NCBI GenBank assembly: GCA_963827235.1
Contig: CAWHAE010000011.1
Span: 32,001-96,000, forward strand
Reading direction: 5' to 3'
Length of the DNA: 64,000 bases
Source of the DNA: an uncultured bacterium
GTDB taxonomy: Bacteria > Chloroflexota > UBA5177 > JANWHV01
Below are positions 31,369 through 41,622 of the stretch, piece by piece. How positions within the stretch are numbered: position 1 is the first letter of the stretch; each line of letters starts with the position of its first letter. The notes under the pieces are model-generated. The model worked only from the letters and a program-made list of their open reading frames with translations, searched no databases and had not been told where the DNA came from. The position numbers and the translations under genes are program-made.

Positions 31369-32579
31369 TGGCCCCCCGGCGCGCACTAGTGGCCCTGCTC
31401 GCGCTCTGCGCCGCGCCCGCGGCGCTGGCGCACACGCTCAGCGAGAGCTTCTCGAACTGGCAGGTGAACGGCGCCGAGGTGCGCCTGCAGTTCACGGTGC
31501 CCGACCGCGAGGCGAAGCGGCTCAGTGCTGACGGCAAGGAGCTGCCGTCGAACGAGGCGCTGGGCCGGTACATCGCCGAGCACGTCGGCGCCACGGCAGG
31601 CGGGCGCGACTGCCCGCGCACCGAGGGGCCGCGGCCGATGAGCGCGATCGCAGACTTTCACCGCTACGAGCTCATCTACAAGTGCTCCTCGGCAGACGCG
31701 ATCCACCTGCACTCCTCGGTGCTGTTCGAGAAGGTCGCCTCGCACACCAATTTCGCCAAGATCCAGTCGGCCGACGGCGAGCTGTTCGAGCAGCTGATCA
31801 TCCGCGACAACCAGGACGTGCCTGCCTCCGGCGGCGCCGGCGAGAACGTGCTCGCGAGCGCCGGCTTCCTGAAGTTCATCGAACTCGGGCTGATGCACAT
31901 CTTCACCGGCATCGACCACATGTCGTTCATGCTGGGCTTGGTGCTGATCTCGCGGCGCGTGCGCGACCTGCTGTTCGTGGTCACGGGCTTCACGCTCGGC
32001 CACAGCGTGACGCTCGGGCTCGCTGTCACCGGCATCCTGCGGCCCAATGCCGCCTACATCGACGCGCTCGTGGCGCTCACGATCGCGCTGATCGGCGCCG
32101 AGAATATCGGCGACTCGACGCAGCGTCCGCTGCCCGTGGCGCTCAGCCTCGGCGGCCTGCTGCTGACCTTCGCCGTGGCCAGGCTGCTTGGCTTCCCGGT
32201 CACCCTGCCGACGTTGCTGCTCGTGGGCGGCGGCATCTTCTCGCTCAGTTACCTGCTGCTCACCGGCCACATGCGCGACGCCGGGCGCGTGCGGCTCGTG
32301 GTGACGCTGGTGTTCGGGCTGATCCACGGCTTCGGCTTCGCCTCGAACCTGCTCGAGATGCAGCTCCCGCCGGGGCGCATCGCGGAGCTGCTGTTCGGCT
32401 TCAACCTGGGCGTGGAACTCGGCCAGGTGACCGTAGTGCTGACGGCGCTGGCCGCAGCCTGGGCGCTCGTGAAGCTGCGCCTCGCCCTGCCGCGGCCGCT
32501 GTTCACCGACATCGCCGCGGCCTTCCTCGTGGGCGAAGGCCTCTATTGGTTCGTGGGCCGCAGCGTGGCGCTCGGCTAG
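31368..32579 (+). CDS. HupE/UreJ family membrane protein
   Basis: ALAH signal end, GLMHIFTGIDHMSF, FTLGHSVTL, FGLIHGFGFA, FNLGVELGQ. Confidence 0.88.
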   Translation: MAPRRALVALLALCAAPAALAHTLSESFSNWQVNGAEVRLQFTVPDREAKRLSADGKELPSNEALGRYIAEHVGATAGGRDCPRTEGPRPMSAIADFHRYELIYKCSSADAIHLHSSVLFEKVASHTNFAKIQSADGELFEQLIIRDNQDVPASGGAGENVLASAGFLKFIELGLMHIFTGIDHMSFMLGLVLISRRVRDLLFVVTGFTLGHSVTLGLAVTGILRPNAAYIDALVALTIALIGAENIGDSTQRPLPVALSLGGLLLTFAVARLLGFPVTLPTLLLVGGGIFSLSYLLLTGHMRDAGRVRLVVTLVFGLIHGFGFASNLLEMQLPPGRIAELLFGFNLGVELGQVTVVLTALAAAWALVKLRLALPRPLFTDIAAAFLVGEGLYWFVGRSVALG

Positions 32580-32582
32580 CGC

Positions 32583-33645
32583 CTAGACCGTGGGCCGCGT
32601 GCCGTCGAAGGCGCGCTGCAGCAGTACGCGGATCGCGCCGCGCTCGACCGGCCGCGGGTTCCAGTACGGGTTCGAGGCCGCGATGTCGGCGGCCTTGTCG
32701 AGGTCTTCGGCCTTCATGCCGATGTCGCGCAGCGCATATGGCGCGCCGTTGTTGCGCGCCAGGTCGTAGAGCGCCGCGCCCGGCGTGGCACTGCCGAGCG
32801 CCCGGCCCATGCGCGCCAGCGCCTCAGGGATCGCCGGCGCGTTATAGGCGATGGCCTGCGGCAGCACCACGGTGTGCACCTCGGCGTGCGGCAGGTTGAA
32901 GCTGCCGCCGAGCGTGTGGCAGAGCTTGTGGTGCAGCGCCATGCCGACGTTGCCGAGCACCACGCCGCACAGCCAGGCGCCGTAGAGCGCCTGGGAGCGC
33001 GCCTCGATGTCGCGTCCGTCGCGCCTAATGCCCGGGATGGCGCTCGCGATCGCGCGGATGCCCTCCTCGGCCATCAGGCTCATGATCGGGTTGGCGTCCT
33101 GCGCATAGAGGCCCTCGGCCGCGTGCGCGATCGCGTTGAGCCCGCTGGTCACCGACATCTGCGGCGGCAGGCTGAACGTCAGCTCGGGGTCGTAGATGAC
33201 CGTGCGCGGCAGCACGCGCGGGTCGCGGCCGGTCTTCTTCAGGCCCGCCTCGGTGATTCCGTAGATCGGCGTCATCTCGGAGCCCGCGTAGGTCGTGGGG
33301 ATCGCGATGATCGGCAGGCCCGAATCCATCGCGATCGCCTTGCCGAGGCCCGTGGTCGAGCCGCCGCCGATGGCGACCGCACAATCGGCGCCGAGCTGGC
33401 GCGCCACTTCGCGCGCCTCGCGCGCTGTCTCGATCGGCACATGCATGACCGCGCGCGCAAATACGCCCACGGCGCGCGCGCCGAGCCGGTCGGCGACGCG
33501 CTGCAGCGTCGCCCGCCTGCTCGGGCGTGGATAGCACCAGCGCCTTCGTGGCGCCTAGCTTCTCGATTTCTTCGGGCAGGCGCGCGATGGCGCCCGGCCC
33601 GAATATCACGCGCGAGGGCGCGGCGGTGTAGATGAAATCCTTCAC
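32583..33645 (-). CDS. Maleylacetate reductase, frameshift near 33500
   Basis: FIYTAAPSRVIFGPG, AVMHVP, GGGSTTGLGKAIA, PTTYAGSEMT, GMALHHKLCHTLGG, NPYWNPRP. Confidence 0.93.
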
Positions 33646-33673
33646 GCGAACCTCCTGACCCCAAGCTACGCCT

Positions 33674-35203
33674 TCAGCGCTGATACCACGGCGCAAGTTG
33701 CGCGTCGACGTTGACCCACACCGACTTCACGGTCGTGTATTCGCGCATCGCCTCGAAGCCCATGTCGCGCCCGTACCCCGACTGGCCGACGCCGCCGAAG
33801 GGCGAGCCCGGATGCACGCGCTTGTAGCTGTTGATCCAGACCATGCCGCTCTTCATCTCGCGCGCCATCTTGTGGGCGCGCGCGAGGTTGCTGGTCCACA
33901 GGCCGCCGCCCAGCCCGTATTCGGTGCCGTTGGCAATCTGCAGCGCTTCTTCGTCGTTCTTGAAGGTGAGCACCGTCACGAAGGGGCCGAAGACCTCCTC
34001 CTGGGCGACCGTGTCCTTGTAGCTCTTGGCGCGCACGACTGTGGGCTCGATGTAGAAGCCCTTGGCGAGCGCCGCATTGTCGGGGCCCTTGCCGCCCGTG
34101 ATGACATCGCCGCCCTCGGCGCGCGCCTTGGCGACGTAGCCGAGCACGCGGTCACGGTGCAGCGCGCTGGTGAGCGGGCCCATCTCGGTGCCGGCATCGA
34201 GCGGGTTGCCGAGCCTGATCGACTTCGCCAGCGTCGTGAAGCGCTCGAGGAACTCGTCGGCGATGCGCTCGTGCAGCACCAGGCGCGAGCCGGCGATGCA
34301 GGCCTGGCCCTGGTTGTGGAAGATCGCCCAGGCCGCGCCATTGACGGCCGCGGGCAGGAAGGCATCGTCGAACACGATGTTGGCACCCTTGCCGCCGAGC
34401 TCGAGCTGCACCTTCTTGAGGTTGCCGGCCGAGGCCTGCACGATGCGCCGCCCCGTGGGCGTCGAGCCCGTGAAACAGATCTTGCCGATCTCGGCGTGCT
34501 CGGCGATGTACTGGCCGGCGACCGCGCCCAGGCCCGGCAGCACGTTGACCACGCCGTCGGGCACGCCCGCCTCGGCCATCAGCTCGGCCATGCGCAGCGA
34601 GGAGAGCGGCGTGATCTCGGCGGGCTTCAGGACGATGCAATTGCCCGCCGCCAGCGCCGGCGCCATCTTCCAGCTCGTGAACATCAGCGGGAAGTTCCAC
34701 GGCACCACCTGGCCGACGACGCCGATCGGCTCGCGCAGCAGGTAGTTGAGGAAGCCGCTCTCGACCGGCACCACCGAACCCTCGAATTTGTCGGCCATGC
34801 CGCCGAAGTAGCGGAAGCACAGCGCGGTGCGCGGCACGTCGAGTGCGCGCGAATCGCGCAGCGGGTGGCCGGTGTCGAGCGATTCGAGGCGAGCGAGCTC
34901 CTCGGTATTCGCCTCGATGAGGTCGGCGAGCCGCAGCAGGATGCGGCCGCGGTCGCTCGCGCCCATGCGGGCCCATGCCGGGAACGCGGCCTTGGCGGCA
35001 GCCACGGCCTTGTCGACGTCGGCCTTGCCGGCCATCGCCACGTCGGCGATCGGCGAGTTGTCGTGCGGATTCACCGAGGTCAGCGTCTCGCCGCTTTCGG
35101 CATCGACGAACTTGCCGCCGATGAACAGCTGGTGCTGGATGGTCTTCTTCAGGCCCGCAGTTTCCTGGGCGCGCTGGATGTTGCTGGCGTTGCTGGTGTT
35201 CAT
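33674..35203 (-). CDS. Aldehyde dehydrogenase, probable 4-hydroxymuconic semialdehyde dehydrogenase (HapE/HqdC-like)
   Basis: VPWNFP, LELGGKGAN, HNQGQACIAG; directly upstream of maleylacetate reductase in a hydroquinone cluster. Confidence 0.9.
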   Translation of the reverse strand: MNTSNASNIQRAQETAGLKKTIQHQLFIGGKFVDAESGETLTSVNPHDNSPIADVAMAGKADVDKAVAAAKAAFPAWARMGASDRGRILLRLADLIEANTEELARLESLDTGHPLRDSRALDVPRTALCFRYFGGMADKFEGSVVPVESGFLNYLLREPIGVVGQVVPWNFPLMFTSWKMAPALAAGNCIVLKPAEITPLSSLRMAELMAEAGVPDGVVNVLPGLGAVAGQYIAEHAEIGKICFTGSTPTGRRIVQASAGNLKKVQLELGGKGANIVFDDAFLPAAVNGAAWAIFHNQGQACIAGSRLVLHERIADEFLERFTTLAKSIRLGNPLDAGTEMGPLTSALHRDRVLGYVAKARAEGGDVITGGKGPDNAALAKGFYIEPTVVRAKSYKDTVAQEEVFGPFVTVLTFKNDEEALQIANGTEYGLGGGLWTSNLARAHKMAREMKSGMVWINSYKRVHPGSPFGGVGQSGYGRDMGFEAMREYTTVKSVWVNVDAQLAPWYQR

Positions 35204-35244
35204 GGTGACCCGCACGGGTTTGGGAGGACGGAAGGCAGAGTAGT

Positions 35245-35403
35245 ATAGCCCGTCACGACTGCGACGTACTGCTTGCCGTTCACCGAACGGGTGACCGGCG
35301 CGGAGCCGGCCATATCGCGCAGCCGCACCAACTACAGCTCGGAGCCATCGGCGGTGTCGTAGGGCCGGAACAGGCGATCCAGCGCGCCCGCGAACACGAT
35401 GTC
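35245..35403 (-). pseudogene. Relic of a PQQ-dependent dehydrogenase C-terminus
   Basis: Manual translation DIVFAGALDRLFRPYDTADGSEL*LVRLRDMAGSAPVTRSVNGKQYVAVVTGY; TAG sits where the docking-motif Trp is expected. Confidence 0.8.
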
Positions 35404-35525
35404 GCGGCCGCGTCCGGCGCACCCGGCGGAGTTACTGTCTGGTGAAGACAACCTCGCAGGTGCCTGCCGATTCGGGCCGCAGCCTCCATCGGCGCGGGAG
35501 GGGCTGGTAAAAGTGCATCATCAGC

Positions 35526-35831
35526 TTAGTGCGACTCGAAGTCGGCCGAGCGCCGCTCGGTGCGCAGCGGGCCCACCAGGCCCCTGAAACGCTGGTGCAG
35601 AGGATGCACCTCATAGCCCTCGAGCGCCTGCCAGCTGTCGAACTCGGTGTAGAGCACGAGGTCGGCAGCGTCGGCGCCGGGCAGCTGGTTGACGCCCAGC
35701 TCCAGGCGCAGCAGTCCGGGCACGCCCGCGCGCATCGCCTCGGCCTGCTCGCGCATCTGCGCGAGATCGAGCGGTTGGCCGTCGGCCATGGCCGCGGGCT
35801 TGAGCTTCCACATAACGACATGATGGATCAC
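35526..35831 (-). CDS. Dabb family (stress-responsive A/B barrel) protein
   Basis: [41 protein letters not shown]; GTGA overlap with the CobT-like stop. Confidence 0.85.
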   Translation of the reverse strand: MIHHVVMWKLKPAAMADGQPLDLAQMREQAEAMRAGVPGLLRLELGVNQLPGADAADLVLYTEFDSWQALEGYEVHPLHQRFRGLVGPLRTERRSADFESH

Positions 35832-37646
35832 GGCCTGGCTCGCGGTCTTGGCGGGGCGCGCCGACGCGCGCCGGGCCGCTCGAACAGCTCGAGCAGCTGG
35901 CCGACGATCGCCTCGCCCAGCGTATCCGAATTGGCGAGCGTCACGGCGCGCCGGTAATAGCGCGTCACGTCGTGACCGATGCCGATGGCCACGAGCTCGA
36001 CCGGCGAGTGCTGCTCGATCGACTCGATCGTGGCCTGCAGATGCCGCTCGAGGTATTGCGGGTCGTTGGCATCGAGCGTCGCGTCGTCGAGCGGCGCGCC
36101 GTCGGAAATCACGATCAGGATGCGACGGCGCTCGGGCCGGCTCATCATGCGCGCGTGCGCCCAGAGCAGCGCCTCGCCATCGACGTTCTCGCGCAGCATG
36201 TTTGAGTCGAGCATCAGGCCGAGGCACTGGCGCGCGCGGCGCCAGGGCTCATCAGCCGACTTGTAGACCACGTGCAGCAGTTCGCTGACCCGGCCGGGGT
36301 TCGCCGGCCGGCCGGCCGCGACCCACTGCGCGCGCGCGCGCCCGCCGCGCCAGCCGCGCGTGGTGAACCCGAGGATCTCGGTCTTCACGCCGCAACGCTC
36401 GAGCACGCGGCCAAGCAGCTCGGCGCACAGTGCCGCGTTGGCGATCGGCACGCCGCGCATCGAGCCGGAATTGTCGATCAGCAGCGTCACCAGCGTGTCG
36501 GGGAATTCGCGCTCCTGCTCGATCTTGTAGGCTGAGCGGCTCGAAGGGATGCGTGACCAGGCGCGTGAGGCGCGCGGCATCGAGCACGCCTTCCTCGAGG
36601 TCGAACTGCCAGTAGCGCGTCTGCAGCGACTGCAGCCTGCGCTGCAGCTTGTGCGCCCAGCGCACCGCACCGTCGAGGCGGTTACCCACCAGGCGATCGA
36701 GCTCCTGGCGCATGCGCTCGAGCGTGGCGGCATCGCGCATCGTCGCGGCGCGCTCGATCGCATCGAACTCGGTCGTGTAGATGCGATAGAGCGGGTAGGC
36801 CTGCGCAGCCTTCCCCCGGTGCCGGCGGCGGCTCGGGCTCGCGCAGCTGCACGCTGGCCAGCGGGTCGCCGGCGTCGGAGGTCTCTTGGATATCGCCACC
36901 GGCCTTCTCGACGCGCTGCGCGCGGTGCTCGGCCGGCGGCACGTCGGCGTCGGGCTCCTGGCTTTGCTGCGGCTGCTCGGATTTCGCGGCGCCTGCGAGG
37001 AAGGCCGCGATCACGCTCAGCGACTGGCGCGCATAGGCCTGCTGGTCGCCGACCAGCTCGCGCAGCCGCTCCACCTCGGCCGGCTCGGCCTCGCGCAGCC
37101 AGCTGCGCCAGCCCTCGCGCAGGCTGGCGCGCGCCTGCTCGGGCAGCGGCGCATCGAGCGCGCCGCGCACCAGCAGCGCGAGCGTCTCGAGCCAGGCGGT
37201 CGGCGAGCTGCGCAACATCGACTCGGGACGCGAGCGCAGCCAGCGCTCGTGCGCCAGGCTGCCGAGGTTCTGCCGGGCGCCCGGGAACTCGCGCCCCGCC
37301 AGCAGCTCGACCCGCACCTGCTCGAGCAGCGAATAGAGCGTGCGCTCGGTGCGCGTCTGGGGCTCGAAGCGCGCGTAGCGGAGCCGGGTCGCTGTAGCGC
37401 TGCCGGAATGCGAGTGAATCGATGCGCCCGCGCCAGCGGCTGAGCGCCTCGGGCTTGGGCTGGCGCGGCAGCTCGGCCAGCACCATCTGCCAGTTGGCGC
37501 GCATTGCGCGCGGCCGGCTCGAGCGCGAGCGCCGCGCCCGGCGGCGTCGCGAGCGCGCGATACACGGCGCCGGTCGCCTCGCCGAGGCGCTGCGCGTCGC
37601 CGGTGCCCGCGCCCGCGCCGTGTTCCGCTACATCCGGACGCATCAT
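35828..37646 (-). CDS. CobT-like vWA-domain protein, several frameshifts
   Basis: [55 protein letters not shown] (MIDAS), [30 protein letters not shown]. Confidence 0.88.
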
Positions 37647-37680
37647 GGCAGCCGCCTGGACGGCCCGCCTGCCGCTCGGC

Positions 37681-38680
37681 TCAGAACTCGACCGGATACG
37701 GCGGGATCTCGCCGGCCTCGTGCATGCGCGGCAGGTCGGGGTTGGCGTTCTCCCAGACCAGCAGCATCGAGCGCTTGCGCGAATAGCCCTGGTGGCGAAT
37801 GTCGGCCGGCATCGCGGCCACGTCGCCGGCCTTCATGCGCACCTTGGCGCGCGGGGCGCCGGTCTCGCGGTCCTCGATTTCCCAGTCGATCTCGTCGCTG
37901 AACTGCAGGAACCATTCGACGCGATCGTTGCCATGCTTGATCGGCAGGATGTATTCCTCGGTGGTCGGGCAGAAGAGGCTGCGACCGCATACCGAGGTCA
38001 CCGACGGGTTCCACGTCACGTCCGAGCGCGACAGGTAGGCGAACAGGCTGAAGGCGTGGATCTTGCCCTCGAAGCCGGGTTCGGCCTCGATCACCGGCTC
38101 ATTCTGCGGCACGTCGGCGAAGGCGCGATTCACGGGGTAGCCGTTCTTGTCGCTGCGCAGGCCGGCGTCGCCCGGGATGCCCGGCATGCGCTTGCACACC
38201 TCGCGCTCGCGCTCGATGGCCGCCTTGTTCTCGCCGTTCTTCGGGCCGATCCAGGCCTGGCCGGTTTCTTGCGGGGCAGCGAACGGGTCGAAGCCCTGGC
38301 TGGTCCAGTCGTCGAGGATCGCCTTGAACGTGGCCATGATGATTGGCGTGTCGAAGGTCTCGAGGATGTCGAGGCCCTTGTCATGGTATGCGGGGTGGAA
38401 GCGGCCGGCATACATCTCGACGCGCCCATAGAGGTTGCGCGTGCCGAACACCGCGTCGAAGTTGACCCAGCCGTAGAAGAAGCCCCAGGCGACGTCGCGC
38501 ATCATCGCGCGCAGGAAAGCGTCGGCCGAAATGATGTGCGTCATCTTCTGGCCCTTGGCCTCCCACTCGACGCGCACGAAATACTCGTCACGGCTGAAAG
38601 TGAAACCGCCCAGCTGGAAGCTGCGGTAACCGGTCAGGTTACTGCCCGGAGTGGCTCGTACTGCGATTCTGCGTGCTCAT
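37681..38680 (-). CDS. Hydroquinone 1,2-dioxygenase large subunit, copy 1 (5' frameshift)
   Basis: DAFLRAMMRDVAWGFFYGWVNFD, SLFCPTTEEYILPIKHGNDRVEWF, PADIRHQGY, as in HapD/PnpD/HqdB. Confidence 0.92.
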
Positions 38681-38737
38681 TGGATACATCCTCCTAATGC
38701 TGTGTCTGGTTGCGTCTGCGGGAAGGGAGCGCGCCCG

Positions 38738-39244
38738 TCAGGTGTAGCAGATCTCCGACCACTTCTCGACCGTCTGCTCGCCGACGATAGTCTGTATCAA
38801 GAACACACCCGGCTTCGCCGACTTGAAGCGGTAGGCGGCGCCCTGCGGCAGCAGTACCTGATGGCCGCGGCCCATCTTCACGCGGCCCATGCGCTGCCCA
38901 GCCGGCTCGCCGGCGAGCTTCTGCGAGCCTTTCTTGCCCTGCGCAACCACGCTCTCGGGCGTGGCAAGCTGAACAAGCTCGACCTCGATGTCGCCATCCA
39001 TCACCAGCGCGAACTCGTCGTGCGCGGCGGCATACCAGTTGGAAGTGCCCTCGGCGCGCACGGCCTCGATCACATACTCGAGGTTCTTGGCGACCGCCAC
39101 TTTCTCGTAGGGCTTGGATTTCGACGCAACTTCGAACACGTTGGAGAACGTGTAGTACTTCGGGTTGTCGTTGATGATCTCGAGGTCACCTTTCTGGTAG
39201 TCGGCCAGTGACCCAAACACCGTGTTGTACTGCTGCTTGCTCAT
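38738..39244 (-). CDS. Hydroquinone 1,2-dioxygenase small subunit, copy 1
   Basis: TVFGSLADYQKG, FSNVFEVA, HDEFALVMDG, GHQVLLP, as in HapC/PnpC/HqdA. Confidence 0.92.
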   Translation of the reverse strand: MSKQQYNTVFGSLADYQKGDLEIINDNPKYYTFSNVFEVASKSKPYEKVAVAKNLEYVIEAVRAEGTSNWYAAAHDEFALVMDGDIEVELVQLATPESVVAQGKKGSQKLAGEPAGQRMGRVKMGRGHQVLLPQGAAYRFKSAKPGVFLIQTIVGEQTVEKWSEICYT

Positions 39245-39323
39245 CGCACATCACCCCATATTGACCGTGCAAATAATCGGTGAATGTCGCCGGGCGGCCC
39301 GGCCTGCTGGCTGGAGGGGTCGA

Positions 39324-39774
39324 TCAGACCCTCAGCCAAGGACGCCACCACGGGACCATGCTGAACATGACCAGATAGACGATCGAATAGCAGGCGAGCG
39401 CGATGCCATAGCGCGCGCTGTCGGACCAGCGCTTGCGGCCGAGCACACCGCCCGCAACGTGCATGCCGATGAAAGCCACGGCCATCACCGAGCCGTGCCG
39501 CACCCCGAAGAACTCGACTTCGGAGTCCCGCAGGAGCCGCATCGCCCGTACTGAGCGCGATGGTCGTGAGCGGGCTCACGACCAGGTAGAGCGCCGCGCC
39601 GAGCAGCACCTGAACGTCGACAGCGCGCAGGAACAGCTTGTTGAGCAGCGCGCCGCGCGGTGCCCAGGGTTGCCGGCGCACGAGTCCCCAGAGCAGCGCG
39701 AACAGCACCATTGCACCGCCGCCGATCACCGCCCAGCGCCAGGCCCCATGCAGTCTCAGCAGCAGCAGATACAT
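39324..39774 (-). CDS. Four-helix membrane protein with two membrane His (cytochrome b-like), one frameshift
   Basis: LRLHGAWRWAV, DVQVLLGAALY, FFGVRHGSVM, VPWWRPWLR. Confidence 0.65.
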
Positions 39775-39867
39775 CGGTGTCGCCCCGCTCGCTTTCCTGC
39801 GTGGAATTGTAACTGGGAGGCTTGCATTCCGTGCTGATGGGAACTGCCCTTTGGCGGCTAGCCGGCC

Positions 39868-40380
39868 TCAGGGCGCCGGCGCGGAGGAATTGGTGAAGGC
39901 GATGTAGCGGCCGCCGAAGATCACCGCGATCCACAGTGCCAGCGAGATCACAGAGATCACCTTGGCAAGGCTCGAAGTCTCCACCTTGTCCTGCCACCGA
40001 TCGAGGTTCGTGAATACGCCGAGCTCGAACCAGAGTGCATTCACGCCTGCGAGCAGGATGAACAGCAGCTTCCAGCGGAACGAGGGGTTGAACGCGTAGA
40101 TGAACGGGTCGTGCATGAAGAACAGCACACCGCTGATCAGGTTCAGGCCGAAGCCGACCCAAGCCAGCGGCAGCAGACGGTGCAGGGGCCGGATTGGCAG
40201 CGACCTGGCCAGGCCCAGGGCGCGCAGATCGAGCAGGCCGACGATGCCGATCACCATCGCCATGCCGCAGAAATGCAGCGACTGCAGGGTCGGGAAGACC
40301 CACCAGTTGGAGCGCACGAACTCGCCGGGCGGCAGCGACTTGATCCACTCCAGGACGGGATAGTTGCTCGAGAGATCCAT
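39868..40380 (-). CDS. DUF6644-like membrane protein
   Basis: WVFPTLQSLHFCGMAMVIG, LDLRALG, ISGVLFF, NPSFRWKL, GRYIAF. Confidence 0.75.
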   Translation of the reverse strand: MDLSSNYPVLEWIKSLPPGEFVRSNWWVFPTLQSLHFCGMAMVIGIVGLLDLRALGLARSLPIRPLHRLLPLAWVGFGLNLISGVLFFMHDPFIYAFNPSFRWKLLFILLAGVNALWFELGVFTNLDRWQDKVETSSLAKVISVISLALWIAVIFGGRYIAFTNSSAPAP

Positions 40381-40395
40381 GTTCTTGCCCCTCTC

Positions 40396-40899
40396 CTATT
40401 CGCCGACGCCGATGTCGCCGTAAGTGTTGTAGGCCAGCCAGCGGCCGACGAAGATGGCGCTCGCCCATGCCAGCAGCGAAACCACGGCCAGCACTTTGGC
40501 CTGCGGCGGCGCGTCCGCGTCCCCGGCGGCGTACTCAGTGGTCTTGTTGAGCACTGTCGCGGTGATCCTCGCGCCCATGATCAGGCCGACGGCGATGAGC
40601 AGCAGCTTGGAGCGGAACAGCCAGCTGTAATAGTCCTTCTTCGCGTCGATGACGAACAGCATCACGCCGGACATGGCATTGCACCAGAAGCCGATCCAGA
40701 CCACGGTCATCAGCTTGCGCAGGCCCGGCAACGCCGCGCCCTTGGCAAAGCCAAGCACACGCAGATCTATGACGACGAGCAGACCCACCAGCAGCGCCAG
40801 GCCGATCGAGTGCGCCGTGATCACAAGCGGATAGGCCGTCTCCTGGACCCACGTCGCGAACGCGCTGTTCTGCAGTGCCAAAAGTGTGTCGTCAAACAT
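40396..40899 (-). CDS. DUF6644-like membrane protein (paralog)
   Basis: YPLVITAHSIGLALLVG, IDLRVLG, MSGVMLF, FRSKL, GRWLAY. Confidence 0.75.
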   Translation of the reverse strand: MFDDTLLALQNSAFATWVQETAYPLVITAHSIGLALLVGLLVVIDLRVLGFAKGAALPGLRKLMTVVWIGFWCNAMSGVMLFVIDAKKDYYSWLFRSKLLLIAVGLIMGARITATVLNKTTEYAAGDADAPPQAKVLAVVSLLAWASAIFVGRWLAYNTYGDIGVGE

Positions 40900-41040
40900 G
40901 ACTTGGACCTGCCCTACTATGTTGTTGCTGTCCTGTCTGCCGGGCCGGAATGCAGCCTGCGCTCCTCGCGCCGCCGTCCTCCTCGAGCCTCGGGCGTCGG
41001 GCACGGCCCGCCGACGATTGCCCGCCGGCGACTGCTTCGC

Positions 41041-41433
41041 TCAGCCGAAGGTGCCAGCCCACTTCCAGCCGTCGGACAGACGCTCGATGGAGCTCATGCG
41101 GATACGATGGTCGGCAGGGTTGCGGCCCGGGTTGCCGGTGATCTTCACCTTGTCGCCCGGCTTGAGGGTGTCATGTTTGACGCCCGCGTCGCCGAGCGCG
41201 CCACCTGCACCCCACTCAACCGCCCAGCGCTGCATGACGCCGTTTTTGTCGGGCGCCATCACGTGCACGAAGGAGTGCGGATTGCGGAACAAGAATTGCA
41301 CCACCGTGCCCTCGATCGTCACCTTCTCGTCGACCACGTAGGTGGCGGGGAACGAATGATGTGCCTGCACCGGTGCGACGGTCACCGCGCCCATCAGCGC
41401 GGCGCCAGCCAGAATGCCGATAAACCTCTTCAT
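41041..41433 (-). CDS. DUF6152-like secreted OB-fold protein
   Basis: Signal ending AHHSFPATY, RNPHSFVHV, WAVEWG, LKPGDKVKITGNP. Confidence 0.78.
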   Translation of the reverse strand: MKRFIGILAGAALMGAVTVAPVQAHHSFPATYVVDEKVTIEGTVVQFLFRNPHSFVHVMAPDKNGVMQRWAVEWGAGGALGDAGVKHDTLKPGDKVKITGNPGRNPADHRIRMSSIERLSDGWKWAGTFG

Positions 41434-41460
41434 CTAGATTCTCCTAGCCGCGCGATCTGA

Positions 41461-41488
41461 TAGTTAATAACTTTCTACACAGTAACTA
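41461..41488. promoter_or_regulatory. Single copy of the GTTAAnAACT-N7-CAGTAA motif
   Basis: TAGTTAATAACTTTCTACACAGTAACTA, 28 bp upstream of the DUF6152 start; same spacing as the repeat core at 29398-29598. Confidence 0.55.
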
Positions 41489-41622
41489 TTGGGGTCGAAC
41501 ATATCCACTGGCCGCGATGTTACATGGAAATGATGGCGGCGTCGCCTTCCCGCGGGCAACATACGCACTTATGCTGCATTGCGAGCGCCCTGGGGAGGCG
41601 GCTGCACCGGCGTGGCAGGGTC

